From: a virus
Reading direction: 5' to 3' (one strand)
Virus record (IMG/VR): IMGVR_UViG_3300008262_006988
Length of the DNA: 64,000 bases
Shown here: one piece after another, positions 47,836 through 57,376 of the stretch
Layout of the letters: every line of letters starts with the position of its first letter
Position numbering within the stretch: position 1 is the first letter of the stretch
Made by a program: the position numbers and the translations under genes
The notes under the pieces: generated by a model
Told to the model about the DNA's origin: nothing
The model's input: the letters and a program-made list of their open reading frames with translations, nothing else
The model's database searches: none

Positions 47836-48678
47836 TATATTACGTCGTAATATTTCGGAATATAAAAAATCTGCTAATTTGCTGTGTGCTAGCGCTTTCA
47901 TGTGAACACCGCTTTCTGCCATTCCGTACTTCGAACCATATTCATGTATTATGGAGACATAATCATCATACTTCTCCCACATAAAATAATTTTTTGAAAA
48001 GTATGAAGAAAAAGGATAGTCTTGCGTCCCAAGCGTTGTAAGCATGAGATATTTAAAGCTTCTTTCGTGTAAAACACGCTCAACGGCTATTTTGTATAAA
48101 TCATTTGCTTGATCATTGACCTGTGTGTTAAAGATGTGCTTTGCAACACCGGTGATAAAATTATCACTAAAAAATGGTTTAAAAGTTGTTTCGTATGAAT
48201 ACTTTTCGTGATTTTTAAGATTTTTTATACCAAAGAGCTTTGCATATATTATACGCACAATACCTTTTGAAAGTGTAACTACTTCCGTTTCAGTGTTACT
48301 AATTTGCTGTTTATAGATTTCTCGATATTTTAAACGATTCAATAGAGATAACGAACCATACAGCTTTTGTAGTATTTTGTATGATTTTGTTGTATATGTT
48401 GTTACTGGTATTCTGTTATTGTCTGTCCACCCTATTACAATAAACGTTTTTAACGGATCAAAATTATTAATATTATTTAAAATGCATGCAGCTATTTCAT
48501 GATTACTGCTACCTACTCTAGCAAAATTATAATAATTGCTGCAGCTGAGTTTTTTTGAAAGAAAAAACGGGTATGCATAATAGATATTTTGTTCTTTCTC
48601 GATACCAATATTACTATTAGCTACTGCTTCATCACCTTGTGTATTGCTACAGCCAAACGCGACGAGTGTATCAATCAT
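47830..48678 (-). CDS. SGNH-hydrolase-like protein (paralog 1)
   Basis: FGCSNTQG, NFARVGSSN, IGWT, GVH...H. Confidence 0.65.
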   Translation of the reverse strand: MIDTLVAFGCSNTQGDEAVANSNIGIEKEQNIYYAYPFFLSKKLSCSNYYNFARVGSSNHEIAACILNNINNFDPLKTFIVIGWTDNNRIPVTTYTTKSYKILQKLYGSLSLLNRLKYREIYKQQISNTETEVVTLSKGIVRIIYAKLFGIKNLKNHEKYSYETTFKPFFSDNFITGVAKHIFNTQVNDQANDLYKIAVERVLHERSFKYLMLTTLGTQDYPFSSYFSKNYFMWEKYDDYVSIIHEYGSKYGMAESGVHMKALAHSKLADFLYSEILRRNIL

Positions 48679-49115
48679 TATTGATAACGATAACCTAACA
48701 GGTAGCTGGTTCGTAGATATAATAAGTATGTTAACTCATTATTGTTTCTACTACTGAGCTCGTAAATGATCTTGTCAATATCATTTAGGAGTGAATTATA
48801 TGTTTCAGCAGACATAGTACTTGATGCAAGTTCTGCATCTAGTTTAACTTTAAAATCGCTGTCAGACATTTTGTTTGATATGGGTACAAGATTTGGAAAA
48901 TACTTACTAAGAATGTTTTTATAATTAGCGTTTAAAATATGAATAATGAGTTCTTTTGAGAGTGATTTGAGTTTTTGCTTTGCTTCTGGTGTCTTTAAAG
49001 ATTTTTTATAAACAGAAGCTTCAGCATTCTTCTTACGCAAAAATGATGCATCTAACCCTTCACAAAGAAGACTGTTAAGTATCTGTTCACATAAAAAATT
49101 AAACTCAAATTTCAT
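48678..49115 (-). CDS. Late protein, putative internal head protein
   Basis: TAAATA 5 nt before MKFEFNFLCEQILNSLLCE. Confidence 0.55.
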   Translation of the reverse strand: MKFEFNFLCEQILNSLLCEGLDASFLRKKNAEASVYKKSLKTPEAKQKLKSLSKELIIHILNANYKNILSKYFPNLVPISNKMSDSDFKVKLDAELASSTMSAETYNSLLNDIDKIIYELSSRNNNELTYLLYLRTSYLLGYRYQ

Positions 49116-49123
49116 CAAATTAT

Positions 49124-49975
49124 TTATTTCCTATACGTCTTATTACTATATTCTTCAATGGCGCGATCGAGACTTTCATTAATATCAGGCAGCTGCAACC
49201 CAAGCTTCTGTATTTTTTCCGTACTCAAAATACAATTACTACGTGCTACTCTAAAATTTGCAGCCTGCATCTCTATAAAATGCCATTTTTCATTCTCTAA
49301 ACCTCTTTCACGTAATTTTGCTACCACACCTCTTGCGTCGATTGATCCTGTATTTACAACATTATATACACCGGTTTCAGGCTTAAGAGTAATAAATTTG
49401 TAGATAAAATTAATTAAATCATCAACATTCGTTATTGAATTCTGCATACTAATAAGATTATCGTAATGTAAAAGCTTCCAAAGATAGTTCTTCGGCTCTG
49501 GAATGCCATTAAATGGTATTCTTATTCTAAGAATATAGCGTTGTAAATGAGCGCTTAGTTTCTCAAATGCATCTTTAGTTTTTGAATAAAAAGAACTATC
49601 ATACCCATCAGCACCGAAGTTTGTTGCATCATTTTCTGCATAGTGCTTCGTATAGCCAGTATATACGCAACCTGAACCGATATGTAAAATTGGTATGTTA
49701 AACGTGTTTGCTACTTTAGTTAGATATAAGGGTACAGTTACATTATAATGATAGCATTCTTCTTTAAAATCTTCACACCCGTCGACATTCGGCGTACCGG
49801 TAAACCCCGTACAATTTATTATCCAATCAAACGTATCAAGAGATAGAAATTTTGAAAAATCTACAGGATTTGTATAATCAATATCTTTTTTTGATATGTG
49901 TACAATATCATGCTCTATGTTTTGCTTTACAAGGTTATTACCAATATATCCTTTTCCAATTATCAATATTTTCAT
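49124..49975 (-). CDS. NDP-4-keto-6-deoxysugar reductase/epimerase (RmlD-like SDR)
   Basis: IIGKGYIG, GFTGTPNVDGCE, GSGCVY, YSKTK. Confidence 0.85.
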   Translation of the reverse strand: MKILIIGKGYIGNNLVKQNIEHDIVHISKKDIDYTNPVDFSKFLSLDTFDWIINCTGFTGTPNVDGCEDFKEECYHYNVTVPLYLTKVANTFNIPILHIGSGCVYTGYTKHYAENDATNFGADGYDSSFYSKTKDAFEKLSAHLQRYILRIRIPFNGIPEPKNYLWKLLHYDNLISMQNSITNVDDLINFIYKFITLKPETGVYNVVNTGSIDARGVVAKLRERGLENEKWHFIEMQAANFRVARSNCILSTEKIQKLGLQLPDINESLDRAIEEYSNKTYRK

Positions 49976-50328
49976 TTTTCTTCGTAGTTAATAATGTGTT
50001 TAATTATATCAATATTATTACCGATGATGTCGCAATGATCCCAATCACGGAAATCTGCTGCCTCATTATACTGCTTGTCATAAGTGTGAAGCAACTCACG
50101 CATCTCTTTTTTATAATTTTCAGTAATTTTCGATTTTACGACATCAAGTAAACTCTCGACTTCTCTGTCAGTGAGATGTAAAGTTATTCGCGATCCATCG
50201 TATTTCGACCCATAGTTGAAGGAAAACTGTACTTCAACATCAGGTCCACATTCATCAAATTGATGACCAGAGAAGTCTGAAAGATAAACAGCTTTTTCTC
50301 TCTTTGCGGGTTCTATTATCTTTTTCAT
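49972..50328 (-). CDS. Hypothetical protein
   Basis: 118-aa ORF. Confidence 0.6.
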   Translation of the reverse strand: MKKIIEPAKREKAVYLSDFSGHQFDECGPDVEVQFSFNYGSKYDGSRITLHLTDREVESLLDVVKSKITENYKKEMRELLHTYDKQYNEAADFRDWDHCDIIGNNIDIIKHIINYEEK

Positions 50329-50329
50329 A

Positions 50330-50635
50330 TTAAAAATCTATACCTAGTGTAGTGCAGGGGTTAATATTAATCTCATTACCAAAATGATCAATATCAATCA
50401 CAAGCTTACTCCCAATAGTGACAATGTACCGTTGATGTGAAGGCTGATATACTAAATGCCTTTGCTCTAAATTCAAATTAGTTTTAAGTGATTCGCTGTC
50501 TGAACTATGATAGTGAGTTGAACCAAAGATCTGTGGTTTTTTTTCCAAGCTACACGCAGTACATATAAATCCAAAAACTATGCATAAAAGAAATCTCATC
50601 TGACAAATGGTATGATACCTTTGTAGTGAAATCAA
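50330..50635 (-). CDS. Putative lipoprotein (probable start MRFLLC)
   Basis: Short signal peptide with CTA-C. Confidence 0.45.
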   Translation of the reverse strand: MISLQRYHTICQMRFLLCIVFGFICTACSLEKKPQIFGSTHYHSSDSESLKTNLNLEQRHLVYQPSHQRYIVTIGSKLVIDIDHFGNEININPCTTLGIDF

Positions 50636-50636
50636 A

Positions 50637-51266
50637 TTAAAATAAAGCCCCGCCTTTGAAGCGAAGATAAATCATGACACCTATAACACCTGCAAGAATT
50701 ACTATAATGACATTTCTTTGTAAGATAGCAAGATCCTTTTCTACAATTTTTTTCTGCATTATATTAAGATCTTTTATCATTTTATCACGATACTCCATTT
50801 GTCTCAAAAGCTCCTCATCAACAACTATCTTTGTGTCTTGTAGATTTTTAAAATCTGCTTCTAGTTGCTTGTAAACTTCTTTTTCTTTGAGCAATTGATT
50901 ATACTCATCACTACTCACAACAACTACAGTATCGCCTTTATACCGCTCCGGTATAATAACCACTCTTTGCTTAACCTTATTGTAGGTAGGTGACTCTTTA
51001 CTGTTGCTTGCCAGGGTATTGATAGTACCTTTAAAAATAGGCTTGATATCGATGCGCTTTTTTGGTGGTTTGACAATTCTCGACGCTTGATCAATATATT
51101 TATCAGCAAGATCAATACGACCAACGTCAATAGAATCTTTTGTTGCATGAACGGTCTGTGAAAGCGCTTCAGACTGTTTTTCGGTGTATACTGTACAACT
51201 ATTTAGGCATAAAACTGCCATTACAGAAATTAAAATTGAGCTAAGTTTTCTATTATTTGTGCCCAT
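50637..51266 (-). CDS. Lipoprotein with C-terminal TM, candidate unimolecular spanin
   Basis: Lipobox LNS-C, coiled coil, C-terminal VIIVILAGVIGVMIYL; TAAATA 8 nt upstream. Confidence 0.6.
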   Translation of the reverse strand: MGTNNRKLSSILISVMAVLCLNSCTVYTEKQSEALSQTVHATKDSIDVGRIDLADKYIDQASRIVKPPKKRIDIKPIFKGTINTLASNSKESPTYNKVKQRVVIIPERYKGDTVVVVSSDEYNQLLKEKEVYKQLEADFKNLQDTKIVVDEELLRQMEYRDKMIKDLNIMQKKIVEKDLAILQRNVIIVILAGVIGVMIYLRFKGGALF

Positions 51267-51277
51267 AGTCAAAGTAT

Positions 51278-52708
51278 TTAATTAAACTCTATCATATTAT
51301 TATGTGTATTAATCAATGGTTTACCTTTTTTGTTCAGGCTTGTATTTAATAGTACAGGTATACCTGTTTTTTTTTGCCAGATTTTAAGTACTTTATATAA
51401 AAATTTATTATTTTTATCTACGGTTTGAACACGTGACGTTCCATCAACATGCACTACTGCGGGTATAGCTTCGGGTTTCTTACATCTTAGAGTATACTGC
51501 ATGTACGGGCTTTCTAATAAACCACGTGTGTCGAAATAGTCACTAAAACTGTCTTTTAAAATACAAGGTGCAAACGGTCTGAATAATTCTCTACCTTTAA
51601 TATTGTTAATTTGATCCTGCATTGCTTTGTTTCTCGGGTCTGCGAGTATAGATCGATTACCGAGCGCACGAGGACCGAATTCCGCTCTCTCATTAACAAC
51701 AAAAGAATATCCTTTGGAAAGAATTTCACGGACAACTGATTCTGGTGAGAGTGTGCTACCCGAATCGTGTCCCCAAAAATTATGCTTCATTTCAATATTT
51801 TGCTTTGTGTGCGCAAGACATGCACCGACAGAAGAGCCGCCGTCGCCGGGATGTGGAAAGATATGGATATTATCCACAATATCTAAAAGCTTCGTATTTG
51901 CACTACAATTAAGTGCACATCCACCACATAGCATGATATTTGTGGATTTATATTTTGACATCATTGTTTTTACAAACGCAATTAACTTCTCTTCATATAA
52001 GCGCTGCACTGTTGCCGCTATGTCAAATTTGTCACGCTCGTTCTGTATTTCTATAATACCTCTACAGCCTTTGTTGAAGTTATATGTTGTGCGTACACCA
52101 CTAACAAAACAATTATGCTTTAGATGTTCATAAAACCTGCTCGAGTCACCATAACTCGACATCCCCATCAAAATGTATTCATCTTCATTAGACTTGAGAC
52201 CAACCATATCCGTAAATGCTGAATAAAATAATCCAAGTGAATTAGGGTAATATATTTCTTCTACGCGTTTGAGTTTATTGTTAATAACTTGATATACAAC
52301 AAGTGAATATACTTCACCAACAGCATCTATAGAAAATATCAATGCTTTTTCTGCATTATACGGTGAAGTATATAAGCATGCTGCAGCATGTGAGTCGTGA
52401 TGTGGTACAGTAACGATATCACCCTCTATAAATTCGTATATATACTTTGTTATTGAGGGTGGTAAGTTTCTAAAAGATTTATCAAAAAATAGTTTTCTCA
52501 CTGTACGCAGATATGGGCGCTCATACCATATAACTTTTTTTGGTGCATCATATTTTAATAATTCACCAAACATATCTTTGTTTAAAAATTTATCATTTTT
52601 AATTCGTGAATATCTTTCAGCTTGTGATGCAAAGATAATGCCTGTGTCACTATTGAGCAGACAAATAGAAGCATCGTGATACAGCGCACTTATACCGAGT
52701 ATATTCAT
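51278..52708 (-). CDS. Carbamoyltransferase (NodU/CmcH family)
   Basis: ILGISALYHDAS, HHDSHAA, GGCALNC, EFGPRALGNRSILADPR, LLNTSLN. Confidence 0.92.
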   Translation of the reverse strand: MNILGISALYHDASICLLNSDTGIIFASQAERYSRIKNDKFLNKDMFGELLKYDAPKKVIWYERPYLRTVRKLFFDKSFRNLPPSITKYIYEFIEGDIVTVPHHDSHAAACLYTSPYNAEKALIFSIDAVGEVYSLVVYQVINNKLKRVEEIYYPNSLGLFYSAFTDMVGLKSNEDEYILMGMSSYGDSSRFYEHLKHNCFVSGVRTTYNFNKGCRGIIEIQNERDKFDIAATVQRLYEEKLIAFVKTMMSKYKSTNIMLCGGCALNCSANTKLLDIVDNIHIFPHPGDGGSSVGACLAHTKQNIEMKHNFWGHDSGSTLSPESVVREILSKGYSFVVNERAEFGPRALGNRSILADPRNKAMQDQINNIKGRELFRPFAPCILKDSFSDYFDTRGLLESPYMQYTLRCKKPEAIPAVVHVDGTSRVQTVDKNNKFLYKVLKIWQKKTGIPVLLNTSLNKKGKPLINTHNNMIEFN

Positions 52709-52711
52709 TTT

Positions 52712-52837
52712 TTAATCATAAAGATAGTATGTTTTATTTTGATATTTCTTTAAAATTTTTTTCGCGTATCTTTTCTTTTTATAAATAACAAACTCTTTTT
52801 TTAAAAAAAGTAGTAAAGCTTTTATTCGAATTATCAT
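52712..52837 (-). CDS. Small basic protein between SGNH gene and carbamoyltransferase
   Basis: Manual translation, 41 aa MIIRIKALLLFLKKEFVIYKKKRYAKKILKKYQNKTYYLYD; exactly fills the gap. Confidence 0.55.
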   Translation of the reverse strand: MIIRIKALLLFLKKEFVIYKKKRYAKKILKKYQNKTYYLYD

Positions 52838-53622
52838 TATAGTAAATTATTATTTACAATATAATCATATAAAAAAATACCGGCCTGCCTGTGGCCTTCT
52901 GCTTTTAAGTGTGCACCTGACTTTGAAACGCCGTACTCGCCAAATCTTTTTAAGTAATTAAAAACAAGCTTTCCGTTTTCGTTAAATAGTTGTATATTAT
53001 TTTTTTGCTTACCGGTATTATAGAAAATATTATACAGACTGCTGTAATGGTGTTGTAGAGTTGGTAATGTGAGGTAGGGTATTTTTTTCTCTTCCAAAAA
53101 GCACGCTGTAGCATACTTTATGTAAAAATTTGTGTCACTAAAGTTTTTAGAAAGAAAAATTCGTTCTGCAACACCTATAATAAAATCTAATGGTAGCTTG
53201 CGTATTCTTTTTGTGTGATCCATCTCAGTAACTGTCATAGGCTGACCGATATGCGCTTTTGTGCAAGCTATAACATGGCTATGACTTATTGTCGTTGTTA
53301 CATCGCTTTTCTTGGCGTATCTAAAATCACTACACGGTTCATTTACGACTGCTATCCTATCATCATCCGTCCAACCTATCAATACAAACACGTCTTCAAC
53401 ATTTGAAATAGTAGAAAGCGTTTCGAAAACTTTACTAGCTATTTGTTGATTAGAAACACCATTCATAGCAAGATTGTGGTAGCTATACCCGAGTAATTCT
53501 GCAACATACTTCGGGTACGCATGATTAATGTTTATATTATCATCTTCTAGCTTCGTATCGTAGTCATGAATAGCTTCTGCACCTCGTGTATTACTACATC
53601 CAAAAGCTAGCAATGTTTTCAT
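52837..53622 (-). CDS. SGNH-hydrolase-like protein (paralog 2)
   Basis: FGCSNTRG, NLAMNGVSN, IGWT, GAHLKAEGH. Confidence 0.65.
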   Translation of the reverse strand: MKTLLAFGCSNTRGAEAIHDYDTKLEDDNININHAYPKYVAELLGYSYHNLAMNGVSNQQIASKVFETLSTISNVEDVFVLIGWTDDDRIAVVNEPCSDFRYAKKSDVTTTISHSHVIACTKAHIGQPMTVTEMDHTKRIRKLPLDFIIGVAERIFLSKNFSDTNFYIKYATACFLEEKKIPYLTLPTLQHHYSSLYNIFYNTGKQKNNIQLFNENGKLVFNYLKRFGEYGVSKSGAHLKAEGHRQAGIFLYDYIVNNNLL

Positions 53623-53703
53623 ATGTTTATATTATATCATTTAATAGTGGTTTTCAAATACTAAAGATTGAATATGTATTTTTTTACAATAAAATAGTAG
53701 GTA

Positions 53704-54873
53704 ATGTTGACAACACCGATAAAACCGCTCGCTGGTACTGTCGTACATAGTGTCAACCATTCACATTTTTGGACTCCTTTTGATCCTGTCTATGGTAGCG
53801 GTGGTTCACCTGAATACCCTCTACGTACTGTAGTTGAGAAGCGAATAAAACAAAACGCTCTTCAGCTCAAAAATAAAGAGCTTCGTATAGAGCCTACAAA
53901 CAGATGCAATTATAGCTGTATAATGTGTCCGCGTGATTCTCATAAGCGTACGCAGGGAATTATGCCTATGCCTTTCTTTGAGAGTTTAGTCAAAGAAGGT
54001 AAAGCAATGGGCATAGAGCGTGTTCTTCTTTCGAATTTCGGTGAACCTTTTCTCGACCCTACTCTCGAAGATAAAATTTCTTTTTGTACAAAAAACAATC
54101 TTAGCACTTATGTAATTACCAATGCATCAAGGTTGAATGCTTTGAGCACTGCAGAGTTTTCAAGAGAGTTAAATGTTACAAAAGCAGAAGCAGCGATTCG
54201 TGCTGGTCTAACAGAGCTTAGATTGAGCTTTTATGGTACAACGCCAGAGTCATATACAGATATTATGAGAGGTGGTAAGTTTGATGAAGTATGTAGTAAC
54301 ATACAACGTTTTATTGAATTACGAGCTGAGATAGGTAGACGAGGCATTTCTCCTACACGTAATATTGAGGTCTTATTGCCTGAAATAAGTATATACTTTT
54401 TAGATTTACCACAAAATAGAGATCAGATTGAGGATTTTTTAAAATTAACAAAAGATTTTGCTGATTATTATGAAGTATGGAAGCCTCATAATTTTGGTGC
54501 CGGGAGAGCAAATGTATACCGTGATGTTAATGTTAGTAGTAATCTTAATACTTGCGGGAGACCGGTATCTGGTCCTCTACAGATTAATTGGCAAGGTATT
54601 GTTGTACCTTGTTGCTATGATTATAATCAAGAAGTGCCGCTCGGCAATGTAGCGTTACAGACAATTGAAGAAGTTGTCACTGGAGAACCCTATAAAGAAC
54701 TAAGAAAATGTCATAAAGAAAAATCTTTTGATAGTGTTCCTTATTGTAATAAGTGCGACCAAATTCGTGATCATTCAAATGCAATAATAATGACTACAAA
54801 TGAATTGCATCAAAATTTAACGCCACAACAGATCACACAAAGAACCAATACTCAGCCTACACACGTGTTGTAA
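53704..54873 (+). CDS. Radical SAM protein with SPASM/twitch domain
   Basis: CNYSCIMC, FGEPFLD, C-terminal C...PCCYD..LGN...CNKC. Confidence 0.88.
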   Translation: MLTTPIKPLAGTVVHSVNHSHFWTPFDPVYGSGGSPEYPLRTVVEKRIKQNALQLKNKELRIEPTNRCNYSCIMCPRDSHKRTQGIMPMPFFESLVKEGKAMGIERVLLSNFGEPFLDPTLEDKISFCTKNNLSTYVITNASRLNALSTAEFSRELNVTKAEAAIRAGLTELRLSFYGTTPESYTDIMRGGKFDEVCSNIQRFIELRAEIGRRGISPTRNIEVLLPEISIYFLDLPQNRDQIEDFLKLTKDFADYYEVWKPHNFGAGRANVYRDVNVSSNLNTCGRPVSGPLQINWQGIVVPCCYDYNQEVPLGNVALQTIEEVVTGEPYKELRKCHKEKSFDSVPYCNKCDQIRDHSNAIIMTTNELHQNLTPQQITQRTNTQPTHVL

Positions 54874-55606
54874 CTTGCTTGTATTCTGCTAGTGTGTTGT
54901 ACCGTAACAATAGTTTAATATTGTATATTGGTTGCTTATTTTTATAGTGTGTGTTTATTGTAAAAATATGTCGCGGGTGATGATATTCTCCTGCTATAAA
55001 ATAGACCGTGCTACCTTCTTTGCAATATACAGTATAAAATAAATCTATTTCTGAACCGCATACTACCTCGTCAGCACCTGCAACTATATTTATTAGTGTT
55101 TCAATAGGGGTTGTCGTGGTATTGATAAAAACAAACCCTTCGCTAACCCAGCCGTCAATATTATCGTATTCATATACACAAAAGTCAGTTCTTGTATTAT
55201 GAGTATACAATATAATCTTTTTAAAGTCAAAAGGATTATTTATAAGTGCGCGGTGTTTCATCCTCCATCTATCACTAAATCCATCGGTGTCTATATGCTG
55301 CTTACGTACAATAATATTTTTTATTTCGTCGCTTGTATATAAATTCACCTTAAGACCAAAAAGATCAATAAACGATTTGTATTGCGGGAGATCGCTGTTA
55401 ATACTAAGTACAAAGTTTGCGTCTGGCTCAAATTCGAAATGATTTAGATCGTATAAAAAAAGATCTTCTACTGATCTATTTTCAAGAAAGTACGCACTAT
55501 CAAGAATTGTTTGCCCAGTGAGAGGTGTATTTTTTATTCTTGAAATATAATTGCAAAATGCTTGTGTCGGTGGAGGCAAAGTTAGCTGTATATTACCGGG
55601 TATCAT
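54857..55606 (-). CDS. Hypothetical protein, possibly divergent GT61-like
   Basis: TTPIETLINIVAGADEVVCG..TVYCKEGSTV echoes the GT61 C-terminus. Confidence 0.45.
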   Translation of the reverse strand: MIPGNIQLTLPPPTQAFCNYISRIKNTPLTGQTILDSAYFLENRSVEDLFLYDLNHFEFEPDANFVLSINSDLPQYKSFIDLFGLKVNLYTSDEIKNIIVRKQHIDTDGFSDRWRMKHRALINNPFDFKKIILYTHNTRTDFCVYEYDNIDGWVSEGFVFINTTTTPIETLINIVAGADEVVCGSEIDLFYTVYCKEGSTVYFIAGEYHHPRHIFTINTHYKNKQPIYNIKLLLRYNTLAEYKQVTTRV

Positions 55607-55638
55607 AGTAGTATTTTATTAATTATTTAATATAAAAA

Positions 55639-55896
55639 ATGAAATATAATTATAGTTATAAATATTTTCCAGGAAGAGGGTATGCAGGGTTTGTTAACGG
55701 TAAAAAATTTACAGGTTTTTACGATGAGCGAGATCTTGAAGAATTAAAGGTAAAATTACGTGCAGAAGAAGATAAACGCGAAAAAGAGGCTAAAAAACCA
55801 AAGCAAGAATTATCATTTCGCGATTATCTGGTAAAGCATGGTGATCCAGAATTTGTAAAAGATTATCTCGAATATATAGCAAGAAAAGAGTTGTAA
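55639..55896 (+). CDS. Hypothetical protein
   Basis: 85-aa ORF. Confidence 0.55.
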   Translation: MKYNYSYKYFPGRGYAGFVNGKKFTGFYDERDLEELKVKLRAEEDKREKEAKKPKQELSFRDYLVKHGDPEFVKDYLEYIARKEL

Positions 55897-55925
55897 GTCA
55901 TAGTACACACCGTATAATTTACGGC

Positions 55926-56057
55926 ATGAATGAGCAGGAAGAAGAGTGCTTGTATTACGATATTTCAGATGATCAGTATGGCTTTGTAAGAAGTGTTGAT
56001 GATGATGAAAAAAATAGCTTGACGGAAAGCGATATTTATTCTATATTTGATATATGA
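55926..56057 (+). CDS. Small acidic early peptide
   Basis: Manual translation, 43 aa MNEQEEECLYYDISDD...; TTGTAA-N16-TATAAT 7 nt upstream. Confidence 0.5.
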   Translation: MNEQEEECLYYDISDDQYGFVRSVDDDEKNSLTESDIYSIFDI

Positions 56058-56725
56058 AAATTACATATCTGCATGTGAGATCAGTACACGATTACTTTAA
56101 TCTATCAAAAAAAGAACGCGAAGTTTATGGCTTTTATAAAGTGCCTTTCTCTCTCCCGTGGTCTATATATGATGATGAAGACGGTTGGGATGCATTTTAC
56201 AAAAAAATTGCTAAAGAATACCCTATCCAATATTTCTTCCGTGTCTGGCTCTTTAGCTTTAGCAACCCAATTTATGCATTTTTTAAGCATAAATTCTGCT
56301 GGCCATATGTTAACATTAAATCATGTGTATATAATTTTTTGAATCCGTGCTGCCCGCGTTGGAGAAAAACTCTGCCTCGTCACAAATACATGGATATTTC
56401 AAGTATTATTGTTGAATCAAACTTTAATTTAATTTTAGATTTTTACTATGAGGAAGTGAGAAATGGACATGTAGACTGGCAAGCAGATGAAGAGCATCGC
56501 GAATTCCATACAGCTCTAGTTAATGTTGTTGAATGGATTGAATATGAGCAAAACGTACTTGAGCAAAAAAGTATACATGCTCTGACTGCGGCCATAAAAG
56601 ATCGAAAAGAGGAGCCGTATAAAGAAAAATATAGTGAATATGATGCTATTGAAAAACAAATTAGTGACAAGAAAACAGAAATCCTTAAATGGGTGATTGA
56701 TAATCGCGAATATTTTTGGACATAA
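56054..56725 (+). CDS. Hypothetical phage protein
   Basis: 223 aa ending ILKWVIDNREYFWT; TTGACG-N17-TATATT 6 nt upstream. Confidence 0.65.
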   Translation: MKITYLHVRSVHDYFNLSKKEREVYGFYKVPFSLPWSIYDDEDGWDAFYKKIAKEYPIQYFFRVWLFSFSNPIYAFFKHKFCWPYVNIKSCVYNFLNPCCPRWRKTLPRHKYMDISSIIVESNFNLILDFYYEEVRNGHVDWQADEEHREFHTALVNVVEWIEYEQNVLEQKSIHALTAAIKDRKEEPYKEKYSEYDAIEKQISDKKTEILKWVIDNREYFWT

Positions 56726-56728
56726 TAT

Positions 56729-57376
56729 ATGGAAGTAAAATTAATATCTATAACAAAACCTTGTATAGAAGGTATCAATACTGCAGAAGAGCTTATCTCA
56801 TATTGCGCTCGGGTTTCAAATCCGAGCAATCAGATGAATACTGAGACAGCACCAAAATTATTGAAGTATTTGATTGAGCATAAACATTGGTCACCGTTTG
56901 AGATGGTGAGTATGACGATAGAGATTAAGACCTCGCGTGCGATTGCTGCACAAATTCTCAGACATCGAAGTTTTTCCTTTCAAGAATTTTCGCAGAGATA
57001 TTCTACTGCCACTGAGCTCGAACCGCTTCAGTGGCGTAAGCAAGGAAAAACAAATAGACAGGTAGGTGATGAAGATGCTAATGTTCTTAAATGTACAGAG
57101 ATACGTATTAAAAATTTTCAAAAGAAATGCGTAGAAATGTATAACGATTTAATTGAAGAGGGTGTAGCGAGAGAGTGTGCGAGAATGATTTTACCACTTA
57201 ACACATCGACGACACTTTATATGTCTGGAACTTTAAGAAGTTGGGTACACTATATAGATTTGCGTACAAAAGCTGATACACAGAAAGAGCATAGGGAAAT
57301 CGCCGACCAATTAAAATGTATATTTACTGCGAACTTCCCTACGGTATCGAGAGCGTTATGCTGGATGGAAGAATGA
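56729..57376 (+). CDS. thyX: Flavin-dependent thymidylate synthase
   Basis: HWSPFE, QILRHRSFSFQEFSQRY, ARMILP, TQKEHR. Confidence 0.95.
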   Translation: MEVKLISITKPCIEGINTAEELISYCARVSNPSNQMNTETAPKLLKYLIEHKHWSPFEMVSMTIEIKTSRAIAAQILRHRSFSFQEFSQRYSTATELEPLQWRKQGKTNRQVGDEDANVLKCTEIRIKNFQKKCVEMYNDLIEEGVARECARMILPLNTSTTLYMSGTLRSWVHYIDLRTKADTQKEHREIADQLKCIFTANFPTVSRALCWMEE

